From Fastidiosibacter lacustris (GTDB taxonomy: Bacteria > Pseudomonadota > Gammaproteobacteria > Francisellales > Francisellaceae), in assembly GCF_003428155.1 (NCBI RefSeq), contig NZ_QLIR01000017.1:1-32000 (forward strand): a stretch of 32,000 nt of DNA, in the 5' to 3' direction. A program made the position numbers and the translations under genes. This document shows, one piece after another, positions 1-9,473 of the stretch. Under the pieces are notes generated by a model. The model was not told where the DNA came from and did not search any database. It saw nothing but the letters and a program-made list of their open reading frames with translations. Position 1 is the stretch's first letter. Every line of letters begins with the position of its first letter.

Positions 1-1
1 T

Positions 2-142
2 CTCCGTGTACTAAATGAAAACGTAATAGGCATGTTAAAACGTTTTAAAATTATTGCCGACAAATATCGGAATAGACGAAAAAGGTTTGGACTTCGATTT
101 AATTTAATAACGGGAATTTACAACTTTGAATTGACTAATTGA
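2..142 (+). mobile_element. C-terminal 46 codons of an IS4/IS5-superfamily DDE transposase; the 5' part lies outside the window
   Basis: Frame 2 reads LRVLNENVIGMLKRFKIIADKYRNRRKRFGLRFNLITGIYNFELTN*, with TGA at 140-142. R-x3-E-x6-K (RVLNENVIGMLK) matches the Y(2)R(3)E(6)K signature around the third catalytic residue of IS4/IS5 transposases. The RYRNRRKRFxLRxNLI tail is typical of IS5-like elements. The terminal inverted repeat cannot be located without the other end. Confidence 0.6.
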
Positions 143-382
143 GGTTTGGAAAGAATTCTATTATAAAAACAAATGTGCCAGATGATAACAATACCGAAAA
201 AATTATCACGTAAAGTACTTTCTCATAAGGGTTTATGGTAGGTCATGTTTTACTGATATTCATCAAAGAAGAATAATAAGGTTAAGCAACTATAAAAATT
301 TAAAATAATTTGATCGTTAATCTCCTTTCTATTTTATCAAAACCTCTTTATCCTATAGCCTGATTTTCAACACCGCTAACTT

Positions 383-1522
383 ATGGGGGATTTATGCTCG
401 ATGGAGAGAATAACCAATAAAAAACCATTGATTAGTATTCGCAATCTCACTAAGCGTTTTGATGATGGACATACTGCCGTAGATGGCATTTCTTTAGACA
501 TTTATCCAAAAGAGTTTTTTGCTTTACTTGGTAGCTCAGGTAGTGGCAAAAGTACGCTTTTACGCTTATTAGCAGGATTTGAGCAACCAACTGATGGTCG
601 AATTTTAATCGATAGTGTGGACATGACAAATGTTCCACCTTATAAACGCCCAATTAATATGATGTTTCAGTCCTATGCCTTATTTCCACATATGACAATT
701 GAGCAAAACATCATGTTTGGCTTGAAACAGGATAAACTACCAAAAAATGAAATCCTTGCACGCACAGCAGCTGCACTTAAAATTATTAAAATGGAACATT
801 TAGCAAAACGTAAGCCACATCAATTATCAGGTGGTCAGAGACAACGTGCAGCCTTAGCACGCTGCTTAGCCAAACGCCCCAAGCTAATACTACTAGATGA
901 ACCCTTGTCTGCTTTAGATAAAAACTTGCGTGATCAAATGAAATTTGAGTTAGTTGACATTCAAGAACAAACTGGTAGCACCTTTATCATGGTAACACAT
1001 GACCAAGAAGAAGCGATGACAATGGCATCTCGCATTGGTATTATGTCTGAAGGCTGGCTTGAACAAGTCAGTCCTCCACAAGAAGTGTATGAGTTTCCTA
1101 AAACCCGCTTTGTTGCTAGTTTTATCGGTAAAAGTGCTATTTTCGAGGGAATAATTGCTGAAATAAATGATGACTCTAGTACGATTGATTCTAATGAGAC
1201 AAAAAGTGTATTTAAACTTGATCGCAAAATCGAAGGTGTTGAAGGACAACAAATATGGATTGGACTTCGTCCTGAAAAAATATCCATTTCTAAGACTGCA
1301 CCAATAGATTACAATCTAGAACGACCAATTAACACCATCGTTGGCAAGGTGAAAGACATTGCTTACATGGGAGGCTTATCGACTTATTATGTAGAAAGCG
1401 CAACAGGTAAACTTATTACAGCAACAGATTTTAACGTCGAGCGCAATGCAGATCACCCCACCTGGGAAGATACCGTATACTTAACGTGGGAACCTGAAAA
1501 CATCATGGTGTTATATTCATGA
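383..1522 (+). CDS. potA: Spermidine/putrescine-type ABC transporter ATPase (PotA/PotG-like) with a C-terminal TOBE-like domain
   Basis: Walker A GSSGSGKST, ABC signature LSGGQRQR, Walker B LILLDEPLSALD, H-loop VTHD. Followed by two permease genes with an ATGA overlap. An alternative in-frame ATG at 401 lies 10 nt after GGGGGA. Confidence 0.85.
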   Translation: MGDLCSMERITNKKPLISIRNLTKRFDDGHTAVDGISLDIYPKEFFALLGSSGSGKSTLLRLLAGFEQPTDGRILIDSVDMTNVPPYKRPINMMFQSYALFPHMTIEQNIMFGLKQDKLPKNEILARTAAALKIIKMEHLAKRKPHQLSGGQRQRAALARCLAKRPKLILLDEPLSALDKNLRDQMKFELVDIQEQTGSTFIMVTHDQEEAMTMASRIGIMSEGWLEQVSPPQEVYEFPKTRFVASFIGKSAIFEGIIAEINDDSSTIDSNETKSVFKLDRKIEGVEGQQIWIGLRPEKISISKTAPIDYNLERPINTIVGKVKDIAYMGGLSTYYVESATGKLITATDFNVERNADHPTWEDTVYLTWEPENIMVLYS

Positions 1523-2430
1523 GGTTTATAATTGATTCAGTCTTGATCCACAAATGGCAAAAACGCTTTGTCATATTGGTTCCTATGTTATGGTTTATGG
1601 TGTTTTTACTTATCCCATTTTTATTTGTTTTAGCTATAAGCTTTACTGTGCCTGCGGATGGAACACCCCCTTTTAGCGCTATTTCACAATACACTGATCA
1701 CACACTTCATATTATTTTACATTTAACTAACTACATGCAAACGCTAAGCTCAAATTTGGTATTCATTGCCCTTTATGACTCAGCAAGTATTGCTCTTATA
1801 ACAACTATTCTATGTATTTTAATTGGCTATCCAATGGCTTTAGCGCTTTCGCGCATAAAAAGCAAGCACACTCAGCTTATATTTTTGATCATGATTATCA
1901 TTCCCTATTGGACATCGTTTTTATTACGAACGTATGCTTGGGTGACATTACTTGGTAACCATAAACTCAATGTTTTTCTAATGGAGTTTGGCTTGCCAAG
2001 CATGGCATTATTATATAATAATTTTTCAATGTATTTAGGCATGGTTTATTGCTACTTACCCTTTTTGGTCTTACCGCTCTATGCTATATTAATCAAGCTT
2101 GATCCAATTCTAAATGACGCTGCAGCTGACTTAGGTGCCACCCCAATTAAAACATTTTTTAAAGTAACACTACCCTTATCCATGCCTGGATTAATCGCTG
2201 GTAGTCTACTGGTTTTTATCCCTGCCGTTGGAGAAGTTGTTGTACCTCAGATCATGGGTGGGTTAAATAGCGTTATGATTGGGAGTATAATCTGGGAGCA
2301 GTTCTTTACTGCAAATAACTGGGGGATGTCAGCTGCAATGTCGGTTATCTTATTGATCATTCTTGTATTACCTGTTATTTGGATGCAAAAAATTCAGCAA
2401 CGTCAAGCTAAAGCCTCAGGAAGTTTATAA
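1519..2430 (+). CDS. potB: ABC transporter permease, PotB-like
   Basis: Multi-TM protein with EAA-loop motif NDAAADLGATPIKTFFKVTLPLSMPG. Its start overlaps the potA stop (ATGA at 1519-1522). Confidence 0.8.
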   Translation: MRFIIDSVLIHKWQKRFVILVPMLWFMVFLLIPFLFVLAISFTVPADGTPPFSAISQYTDHTLHIILHLTNYMQTLSSNLVFIALYDSASIALITTILCILIGYPMALALSRIKSKHTQLIFLIMIIIPYWTSFLLRTYAWVTLLGNHKLNVFLMEFGLPSMALLYNNFSMYLGMVYCYLPFLVLPLYAILIKLDPILNDAAADLGATPIKTFFKVTLPLSMPGLIAGSLLVFIPAVGEVVVPQIMGGLNSVMIGSIIWEQFFTANNWGMSAAMSVILLIILVLPVIWMQKIQQRQAKASGSL

Positions 2431-3246
2431 ATGCGTACCTTTTCTTACAGTAAAGTAATGCTCATTCTTGGATTGATCTTCTTATATATCCCACTTTTTA
2501 TCCTTATATTGTTTTCATTTAGTAATTCCCAAATCATCAACCTTTGGGGCGGATTTACATTAGATTGGTATAAAGCACTGTTTAATGATAGCGACATCAT
2601 TAGTGCCGCCTTAATCAGTTTGCAAATTGCGCTTATTGCCTCACTTTGTGCCACTACGTTAGGCACAATAATCGCTTATATAATGACACGCTTTGAATAT
2701 TTCCGTAGTAAAAGCTTTCTCTATGGTATGGTGATCACCCCGCTTGTCTTACCTGATATTGTATTAGGAGTATCACTTTTATTAATGTTTACTTCATTAC
2801 AAAATTTAATTGGTTGGCCACATGGTCGTGGCATGATGACCATTATTATTGCACATATCACCTTTTGTACGGCCTATGTCACAATTGTCATGCAAGCTCG
2901 AATTGCTAGCGTTGATCGTTCGATTGAAGAAGCAGCAATGGACTTAGGTGCGAAGCCTGCAAGAATCTTTTTTCAAATTACCCTGCCACAAATTATTCCT
3001 TCCCTAATTGCCTCATTTTTATTGGCATTCACACTTTCAATAGATGATTTAGTTATCACTGAATTCGTTGCTGGTAGCAGCGATCCAACCTTACCTATGT
3101 ATATCTATTCAACGGTTAAAAATGGTCCTACACCTGAAATTAATGCTCTTGCTACCATTATGATTGCAATTATTTCAACCTGTGTGGTAATCGGTGCCTA
3201 TATTGCCTTTAAAATGGAAGCCAAGAAAAAGAAAAGCAGAAAATAA
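2431..3246 (+). CDS. potC: ABC transporter permease, PotC-like
   Basis: EAA-loop motif EEAAMDLGAKPARIFFQITLPQIIPS. The ATG directly abuts the potB stop (TAAATG). Confidence 0.8.
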   Translation: MRTFSYSKVMLILGLIFLYIPLFILILFSFSNSQIINLWGGFTLDWYKALFNDSDIISAALISLQIALIASLCATTLGTIIAYIMTRFEYFRSKSFLYGMVITPLVLPDIVLGVSLLLMFTSLQNLIGWPHGRGMMTIIIAHITFCTAYVTIVMQARIASVDRSIEEAAMDLGAKPARIFFQITLPQIIPSLIASFLLAFTLSIDDLVITEFVAGSSDPTLPMYIYSTVKNGPTPEINALATIMIAIISTCVVIGAYIAFKMEAKKKKSRK

Positions 3247-3340
3247 TACAACAGGAAAGATAAAACCTTGCTACTAGAAATCTCAACTAAGGCACCATCA
3301 ATAAAAAAATCTGCAAGTTTAACAATTACTTTTCACGGCG

Positions 3341-4327
3341 TTATAAGTCTAAATTATTACGCTTAAATACACGATCAGCACGATAACTTGAACGCACCAT
3401 AGGTCCTGAAGCTACTTCTAAAAATCCTTTTTCAAGACCAATCTGGCGATATTCCTCAAATTCTTTTGGAGTGACAAAACGCTCAATCACCAAGTGATGC
3501 TTAGTCGGCTGCATATATTGACCTAGCGTTAAAATATCAACTCGTGCTAAGCGTAAGTCATCCATTGTTTTAAGCACTTCTTCTTTTGTCTCGCCCAATC
3601 CTAACATTAGACTCGTTTTAGTTAATACCTTTGGATTTTGCTGCTTGACATATTTCAAGACGTTAATTGTTTGCCAATAACCCGCACGAGGATCACGCAC
3701 AACATATGTTAAGCGTTCAACTGTTTCAACGTTTTGGGCGAAAACATCCATGTCCGTCTTAAGCAGTTTATCGATATGCTCATGTTTCCCCTGGAAATCT
3801 GGTGTTAACGCTTCGACCTTAATCGTAGGGCTAAGCGCTTTGATTTCATTAATCGCCTGCGCATAATGACCTGCACCACCATCTTCTAAATCATCTCGAT
3901 CGACTGAGGTTAACACCACATATTCCAAGCCCATAAGCTTAACACTTTCTGCTGCATTTTTTGGCTCATCACGATCCAGCCACCCTTTGGGATTACCTGT
4001 ATCCACTGAACAAAACTTACACGCTCTCGTACACACACTTCCCATTAACATAATCGTTGCTGTACCGTGCGACCAACATTCGTTAATATTAGGGCATTTT
4101 GCTTCTTCACATACCGTTGACAAGCGATGTGTTTTAGTAATGGATTTCACTTTACGGTAGGTTTCGCTTGAGTCCTGCTTAGCTACTTTTAACCAATCTG
4201 GTTTTTGAATGCGAACTGGATTGACCTTACTATTTTTAATGCCATCTTTTACTGCACTAAAGCCCAGCTCAGTTTGGTATTTCTCACCGCTTTCCACTTT
4301 AACTGGGATATCAATTAATTTAGTCAT
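3341..4327 (-). CDS. lipA: Lipoyl synthase (radical SAM)
   Basis: Auxiliary cluster motif [12 protein letters not shown] (CX4CX5C) and radical-SAM motif CTRACKFC (CX3CX2C), at typical LipA length. The ORF-track start at 4339 is TTG; the first ATG (MTKLIDIPV) is at 4327. Confidence 0.93.
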   Translation of the reverse strand: MTKLIDIPVKVESGEKYQTELGFSAVKDGIKNSKVNPVRIQKPDWLKVAKQDSSETYRKVKSITKTHRLSTVCEEAKCPNINECWSHGTATIMLMGSVCTRACKFCSVDTGNPKGWLDRDEPKNAAESVKLMGLEYVVLTSVDRDDLEDGGAGHYAQAINEIKALSPTIKVEALTPDFQGKHEHIDKLLKTDMDVFAQNVETVERLTYVVRDPRAGYWQTINVLKYVKQQNPKVLTKTSLMLGLGETKEEVLKTMDDLRLARVDILTLGQYMQPTKHHLVIERFVTPKEFEEYRQIGLEKGFLEVASGPMVRSSYRADRVFKRNNLDL

Positions 4328-4386
4328 TAGAGATATCAACTAACACTTAAAACTGTGGCTCATCATGACAAAACTTATTCCTAGTT

Positions 4387-5625
4387 TCAAGTGTTATGTG
4401 AGTAATAACGCATTGCCCATGCAAAGAAAACAGCAGACAACACAAAAATTAAAAACCATGTAAAGATCGCAATTGAGCCCACTCCAAGCCCAAAGATATA
4501 AACACCTAAATAACTACCCACACCCAAGCCAAGCGAGCTAGTACACAAATTGTAGAAAGACATATTGGCTTTGAGTTTTGTAGGGTCTTTTTCATTCGAG
4601 ATAGCAATAACAGAAACTTGTGGCGCGATAATCTCACCAAGCGTAAAGAGTAAAATGCAAAAATAAAGCCAAGGTAATGATTCAGCTTGAAAAGTAAATA
4701 AAACTAATGCGACACAAGAGGCTCCGATACCTAAAGTATATTGAAAGCTATAATTTTTAATTCTTGCAACAAGGTTAATAACCTTGATTGTCATAAAAAT
4801 AAGCAAGATAGAATTCAAAGTAAAAATACTCGAAATAACAGCTGTATATTCGTGATAATTTTGCTTAATCATCAGCGTAAAATAAGTATATATTTGTGCT
4901 TCAAAGATAAAATGAAAGAAACTTGCAATGCCAATCAATAAAGTCTTTTTATTGACTCTAAATGACAAAAGCATTGGTTGGCGTTCAGTTTTTTTGGTTG
5001 TAGTAGGTGTTGAAATAACTCTTACCACCAAGCATGCTGAAATCAAAAAACATAACAAGGAAAAAAATAGAACTCCTTGAAAGCCTGCTAATTTTAGCAT
5101 TAACGCACCAATAAGAGGTCCCATGGCTCCACCTAAACTATTAACCATTTTAATATAGGCAAAAAGCTTAGTTGTATCGCTTTGATTCACTAAGTACTCA
5201 AGTTGTAATACTCTGGAATAAGTAAAGTATATGCCGAGACTGAAACGATAAAGCAGTAAGCATAGAAGAATTAAAATATATGCTACCTGTAAAAATAAAG
5301 AGCTAAGATAACAAAATACAATGGCAACGCCCAAAAGAATAATTGTCAGAAAAAACCCTTTTTTTGACGCCTTGCTTGGCAATAAATTTACCAGAATGTA
5401 GGCGGAAAAATTCCCAACAATCATCCCAATAAGCATTAAAAAACCAATATCATTAACGGATATTCCGCTAAAAATAGGAAGTTCAACAACAACATATGGA
5501 AAAAAAGCGAACATCCCAACACATGAAAGCATCATAACAATAAGTAATAAATAGTTATTTTTTGAAAAATTAGGATTTAACCGCCTTAATGATTGCCTCA
5601 AAGAAATCTGCCTCATTTTATTCAT
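4387..5625 (-). CDS. MFS transporter, probable exporter of the upstream operon's product
   Basis: About 412 aa and highly hydrophobic, with a multi-TM profile consistent with 12 TMS. The track start at 5631 is TTG; the ATG at 5625 overlaps the upstream ATP-grasp stop by 8 nt (ATGAATAA). Confidence 0.75.
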   Translation of the reverse strand: MNKMRQISLRQSLRRLNPNFSKNNYLLLIVMMLSCVGMFAFFPYVVVELPIFSGISVNDIGFLMLIGMIVGNFSAYILVNLLPSKASKKGFFLTIILLGVAIVFCYLSSLFLQVAYILILLCLLLYRFSLGIYFTYSRVLQLEYLVNQSDTTKLFAYIKMVNSLGGAMGPLIGALMLKLAGFQGVLFFSLLCFLISACLVVRVISTPTTTKKTERQPMLLSFRVNKKTLLIGIASFFHFIFEAQIYTYFTLMIKQNYHEYTAVISSIFTLNSILLIFMTIKVINLVARIKNYSFQYTLGIGASCVALVLFTFQAESLPWLYFCILLFTLGEIIAPQVSVIAISNEKDPTKLKANMSFYNLCTSSLGLGVGSYLGVYIFGLGVGSIAIFTWFLIFVLSAVFFAWAMRYYSHNT

Positions 5626-6796
5626 ACTCAAATTTTACGTTCTGATAAATACCATCAACCACATCGTTATGTGTCTTAGGATTATTTGCAAAGGCAATAA
5701 AAAAACCAGGTCTATCATAAGATGAGCTCCCAAGTTGCGGAGTCTCAAAAATAGCTGCTCGTATTTCATAACTTGCAACATGTGGGTTTATTCTCATACG
5801 CTCTTGACCAATAACACATTTGACCTTATGCAAAGTTGGGTTAAAAAAGTTTGTAGAACACACTATAGTGTTTGGTGAAACTTTTAATGAAGGCAAGCTT
5901 AAGCGCATACGCTGTCTGATAGTTAACTCATACAAGTCTATTCCTGTCTTTAAATATACAAGATCAGGGATGCTATCCCCACCAACGCGGTTATGAGATT
6001 CGATGATAAAGCAACTACCACCATCAACGATAACTTCTGTATGATATGCTCCATTTTCTACGTTCATATCACACAAAAACTGAATAACTGTGTCATGAAT
6101 TAGCGCATTAACGTTTGCAGGAATTTCCTCTCCAATAATATGCCTTTGCTCGACAAACTTACTATCAGCAGTTTGGTAAAGCATCTTTTTAGTAATTGCT
6201 AGAATATTATGCTGGGTATTACATGAGAAACTCTCAACGGAATATTCAATTCCATGAATAAATTTTTCCGCAATCAAAGGCGATGAACAATCAATTTGTG
6301 CTATGTCACTCCAAGATTCAACTTTAGAAACATTCTGACTACCCACACCACTCTTAGGCTTGGTAATAATCGGGGCTTTGATTTGGTTATAAAAATCAAT
6401 CAACTCCTTACGGTGGGTGATGGAACAAAATGGAACGCTATAGGGTTTTGTTGCTATAAACTCGCGCATAGCAACTTTATCTTTTAATTTTTGAGTAATC
6501 ACTAACTCGTTTTCCCAACCTAATCCCAACTCTTTATTAAGCAAAGCAGCACTAATAAGGGCATCTTCCCTTAAGGTAACAATGGCTTGAACTTTATGAT
6601 GTTTCAGAAAGGAAACCATGCAATCAAGATTATTATGGTCTCCATAGTCAAGTAACAAACACTGATCAGCCAAAGCACGTGATCTATCAGTAACTTCTTG
6701 TGCTTTATGAATCAAAACAACTGAAAGCTTTAATTGTTTCGCTCGATCCAGTAACAGCTCATTACTGCCAATAAATGCAATTTTATTCATCTGCAT
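5618..6796 (-). CDS. ATP-grasp enzyme, L-amino-acid-ligase-like (ligase 2)
   Basis: ATP-grasp motifs PIITKPKSGVGSQNV, LIAEKFIHGIEYSVE and HTEVIVDGGSCFIIESHNRVGGDSIPDL (the E-x-N-x-R-x-G Mg/ATP site). About 390 aa, as in BacD/RizA/TabS-type ligases. Alternative ATG at 6790 (MNKIAF). Overlaps the upstream gene. Confidence 0.75.
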   Translation of the reverse strand: MQMNKIAFIGSNELLLDRAKQLKLSVVLIHKAQEVTDRSRALADQCLLLDYGDHNNLDCMVSFLKHHKVQAIVTLREDALISAALLNKELGLGWENELVITQKLKDKVAMREFIATKPYSVPFCSITHRKELIDFYNQIKAPIITKPKSGVGSQNVSKVESWSDIAQIDCSSPLIAEKFIHGIEYSVESFSCNTQHNILAITKKMLYQTADSKFVEQRHIIGEEIPANVNALIHDTVIQFLCDMNVENGAYHTEVIVDGGSCFIIESHNRVGGDSIPDLVYLKTGIDLYELTIRQRMRLSLPSLKVSPNTIVCSTNFFNPTLHKVKCVIGQERMRINPHVASYEIRAAIFETPQLGSSSYDRPGFFIAFANNPKTHNDVVDGIYQNVKFEYE

Positions 6797-8036
6797 ACAC
6801 CTCTACTGCAATTTTTTGTGATGTGCTTTCAATAAAATTAATCGCCTGTGATGTGGAGCTAAAAGTTTGTATTACAAAACCCAAACGATCTTCTGTACTG
6901 GTTAACCCTTTTATTTTCTTTGGAAGTTGGGCAAGGTGAGTTTTATGACTGTGCTCAAAGTTGCTGCCAATTTTAAGTTGACTCACCTCTCCTTCTTTAG
7001 TTGAAAATAAAAAGCAAATGGCGGCATAAGTTTTTCCTTCACTTTGCTGTTGCTTTTTGTCTAACTCCAATGCTTCAAACCTAATTCCAAGGGATGCGCG
7101 TAGATATAATGCGATAGGATCTATGTGTTTGGCGAGTTTCATCAGCTCAGGAATCTGATCCCCACCAACTCGAGGATTGATTTCTATTAATTTTAGAACA
7201 CCACCTATAACTTTAAACTCTACATGGGCAAAGCTATTTTTAAAACCTATTGTTGCAAGCACTTCTTTTAGCTGCAATTCAACCTCTTTTTCAAATTGAG
7301 CATCTCCAAATGGGAAAATATGCCCAACTTCAACGCAATATGGAGGAGGAGAAACAAATTTCTTTGTCACTCCCAATAATAACCACTCATTTAAATCAGG
7401 ATTCCAAACCATTTCTGCACTATACTCATCACCTGGAATATACTCTTCAACGAGGATTTTTGTCGCAATCTGATACCCTCTACAATTTGGTGAAGTGAGC
7501 TGATAAATATTATTGACAGCCTCGATAAACTCTTCATTGCTGTGACAAATTTTCACCCCAACACTTCCACTTTCATCATTTGGCTTAACGACACAAGGAT
7601 AACCAATTGGACTAGAGTCGTATTTTTGTTTAAAGTCAATGACCTCATATGCCACTGATTGTTTAAGGTGGCTAACAGCTTTTCGCATTATATCTTTAAA
7701 ACGGCAGGCAAGTATTGACTCCAAAGTAGCACCTTTATGAGTATATTTAGCATTTAAAATAGCTGCCTGAACAATCCGAAAATCATCAAAAGCAACAATA
7801 ACCTCTATCTTTTCAGATTCCTTTTCATCCTCAAAAAAATGAAGCAGCTTTGTAATATCATAGGTATTAACTTCATGAACCTCATCAGCAAAAGTGCATG
7901 GATTAATAACTGCATCAGCATATTCTGTCATGTTAGTACAGATGAATTTCACTTTGTAACCAAGCTTTTTCGCTTCACTAGTTGCTATAGCTGCATTCCC
8001 TGCCATATTGCTCTCCAATAGGTAAATACATGACAT
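6783..8036 (-). CDS. ATP-grasp enzyme, L-amino-acid-ligase-like (ligase 1)
   Basis: Motifs YPCVVKPNDESGSVGV, ILVEEYIPGDEYSAE and HVEFKVIGGVLKLIEINPRVGGDQIPEL. A strong RBS (AAGGAG) lies 7 nt upstream of the ATG at 8036. Confidence 0.75.
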   Translation of the reverse strand: MSCIYLLESNMAGNAAIATSEAKKLGYKVKFICTNMTEYADAVINPCTFADEVHEVNTYDITKLLHFFEDEKESEKIEVIVAFDDFRIVQAAILNAKYTHKGATLESILACRFKDIMRKAVSHLKQSVAYEVIDFKQKYDSSPIGYPCVVKPNDESGSVGVKICHSNEEFIEAVNNIYQLTSPNCRGYQIATKILVEEYIPGDEYSAEMVWNPDLNEWLLLGVTKKFVSPPPYCVEVGHIFPFGDAQFEKEVELQLKEVLATIGFKNSFAHVEFKVIGGVLKLIEINPRVGGDQIPELMKLAKHIDPIALYLRASLGIRFEALELDKKQQQSEGKTYAAICFLFSTKEGEVSQLKIGSNFEHSHKTHLAQLPKKIKGLTSTEDRLGFVIQTFSSTSQAINFIESTSQKIAVEVYADE

Positions 8037-8099
8037 TTTTTTCTCCTTCTAGTTAGCTTTTTAAAATCAAGTTACACTATATAACTTTAAAAGTGGTGA

Positions 8100-9473
8100 T
8101 TAAATTAAACTCTTTAAGCAGGCTGTTAGCTCATTCTCAAAGGCTCTTGTTAATAGCTTTCTTCCTTCATGAAAACCACTTAAGTCAAGTTTGCCTGAAT
8201 AAGTATGGTGTTCGATCAAGTCTGTCCCATTTAGAATTCTTTTGCTAAGTTGGAGCTCAGTTTTCTGTTGAGCCAAATATGTTTTTTTCAGCCCAACTGA
8301 CGAATATGCCACTCTAATTTTGATTTTATCAAATCCCATTGTAATAGCCGGAGATAGCGCTAATTTGAAATTCCTTAATGCGTAACTTGAAAAATCAAGG
8401 CTATTTCTTATAGACAATGCTTTGACCTTCTTTTTTGCGAGTAATTGATCAAAACACAGTACAATGCCATGTCCTGATTCTGGTTGATGCAAAACTGAAA
8501 CTAATTCTTCTTTCAGGCTATGGTTTATCTCTTTTACCAACATATTTATAATTCCCACCCTTTTTTTGCATTCAACGCTATTTTCTTCAAAATAGCTCTT
8601 TGGAATGCAAAAAGCCGCAGACACCATATCACCCAGTATTTTGGGGATAGTGGCAGAACGACTGATAATAAATGAGTTGATCTCAGAAATTATTTCCCGC
8701 GACCCACAACACCATCCTATGCGTAAATTTGCTAGGTTAAATCGCTTAGAAGCGCTCTTAACGGTAATAACTTTGTCAGCATACTCTTTGAAAGCTTCTA
8801 GTTGAGGCGTTCTGTTGGAAAAATCAAATTCTGTACCTGAAAATACGCTATCAACGATAACCCAAATCTGATAATCATAAGCAACTTGAGCAAGTTTTTT
8901 CAATTCACACTTCGTATATATCGCTCCGCTATGGGTAGGATTTTGCAGGAAAAGTCCATTTATTTGTTTATTCTCATTAAGATAAAGGATTAACTCTTCT
9001 GCTGTTAATTTATAATCGCTATCTAACTTGGTATATAAATGATTTAGATTACCTCCATACAATGAAAACCATTTAGGAACATTGTGGTAATAAGAGGTTG
9101 GTATGACAAAATGAAGGGAACCAAGCTTTTGTTTTAAAATTTGTAGAATCGAACAAATAAGCGTTGAAGATCCAAAATCAATTGCAATATTTTTTGCAAT
9201 ATCTTGATCAATACCATCTTCAATAAAATCTGAGAAAATATTGTGCTTTAATTCATCATGTTCTTGCAAGTACAAATAATCATCCAAAGAGCCATTTACA
9301 GAATCTAATAACGACACAATTCCTTTAGTAAGGACATCAGGATGAGGTCTTCTTATCCCGTCACCATGCGCCAAAGAAACGATATCCTTATCAAACATTG
9401 AAGGATATAATTTTAGTTCAGAGTCATTAATCCCGCCCAGTATTTTTCTTGCTTCAGTGAGATGCTTAAGCAT
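8100..9473 (-). CDS. PLP-dependent aminotransferase, fold type I (class I/II)
   Basis: LQNPTHSGAIYT resembles the NPxNPTG motif, VIVDSVFSG carries the PLP-ring Asp region, and SASKRFNLANLRIGW is the SxSK Schiff-base lysine plus GxRxG. The start overlaps the upstream gene's stop by 8 nt (ATGCTTAA). Confidence 0.8.
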   Translation of the reverse strand: MLKHLTEARKILGGINDSELKLYPSMFDKDIVSLAHGDGIRRPHPDVLTKGIVSLLDSVNGSLDDYLYLQEHDELKHNIFSDFIEDGIDQDIAKNIAIDFGSSTLICSILQILKQKLGSLHFVIPTSYYHNVPKWFSLYGGNLNHLYTKLDSDYKLTAEELILYLNENKQINGLFLQNPTHSGAIYTKCELKKLAQVAYDYQIWVIVDSVFSGTEFDFSNRTPQLEAFKEYADKVITVKSASKRFNLANLRIGWCCGSREIISEINSFIISRSATIPKILGDMVSAAFCIPKSYFEENSVECKKRVGIINMLVKEINHSLKEELVSVLHQPESGHGIVLCFDQLLAKKKVKALSIRNSLDFSSYALRNFKLALSPAITMGFDKIKIRVAYSSVGLKKTYLAQQKTELQLSKRILNGTDLIEHHTYSGKLDLSGFHEGRKLLTRAFENELTACLKSLI

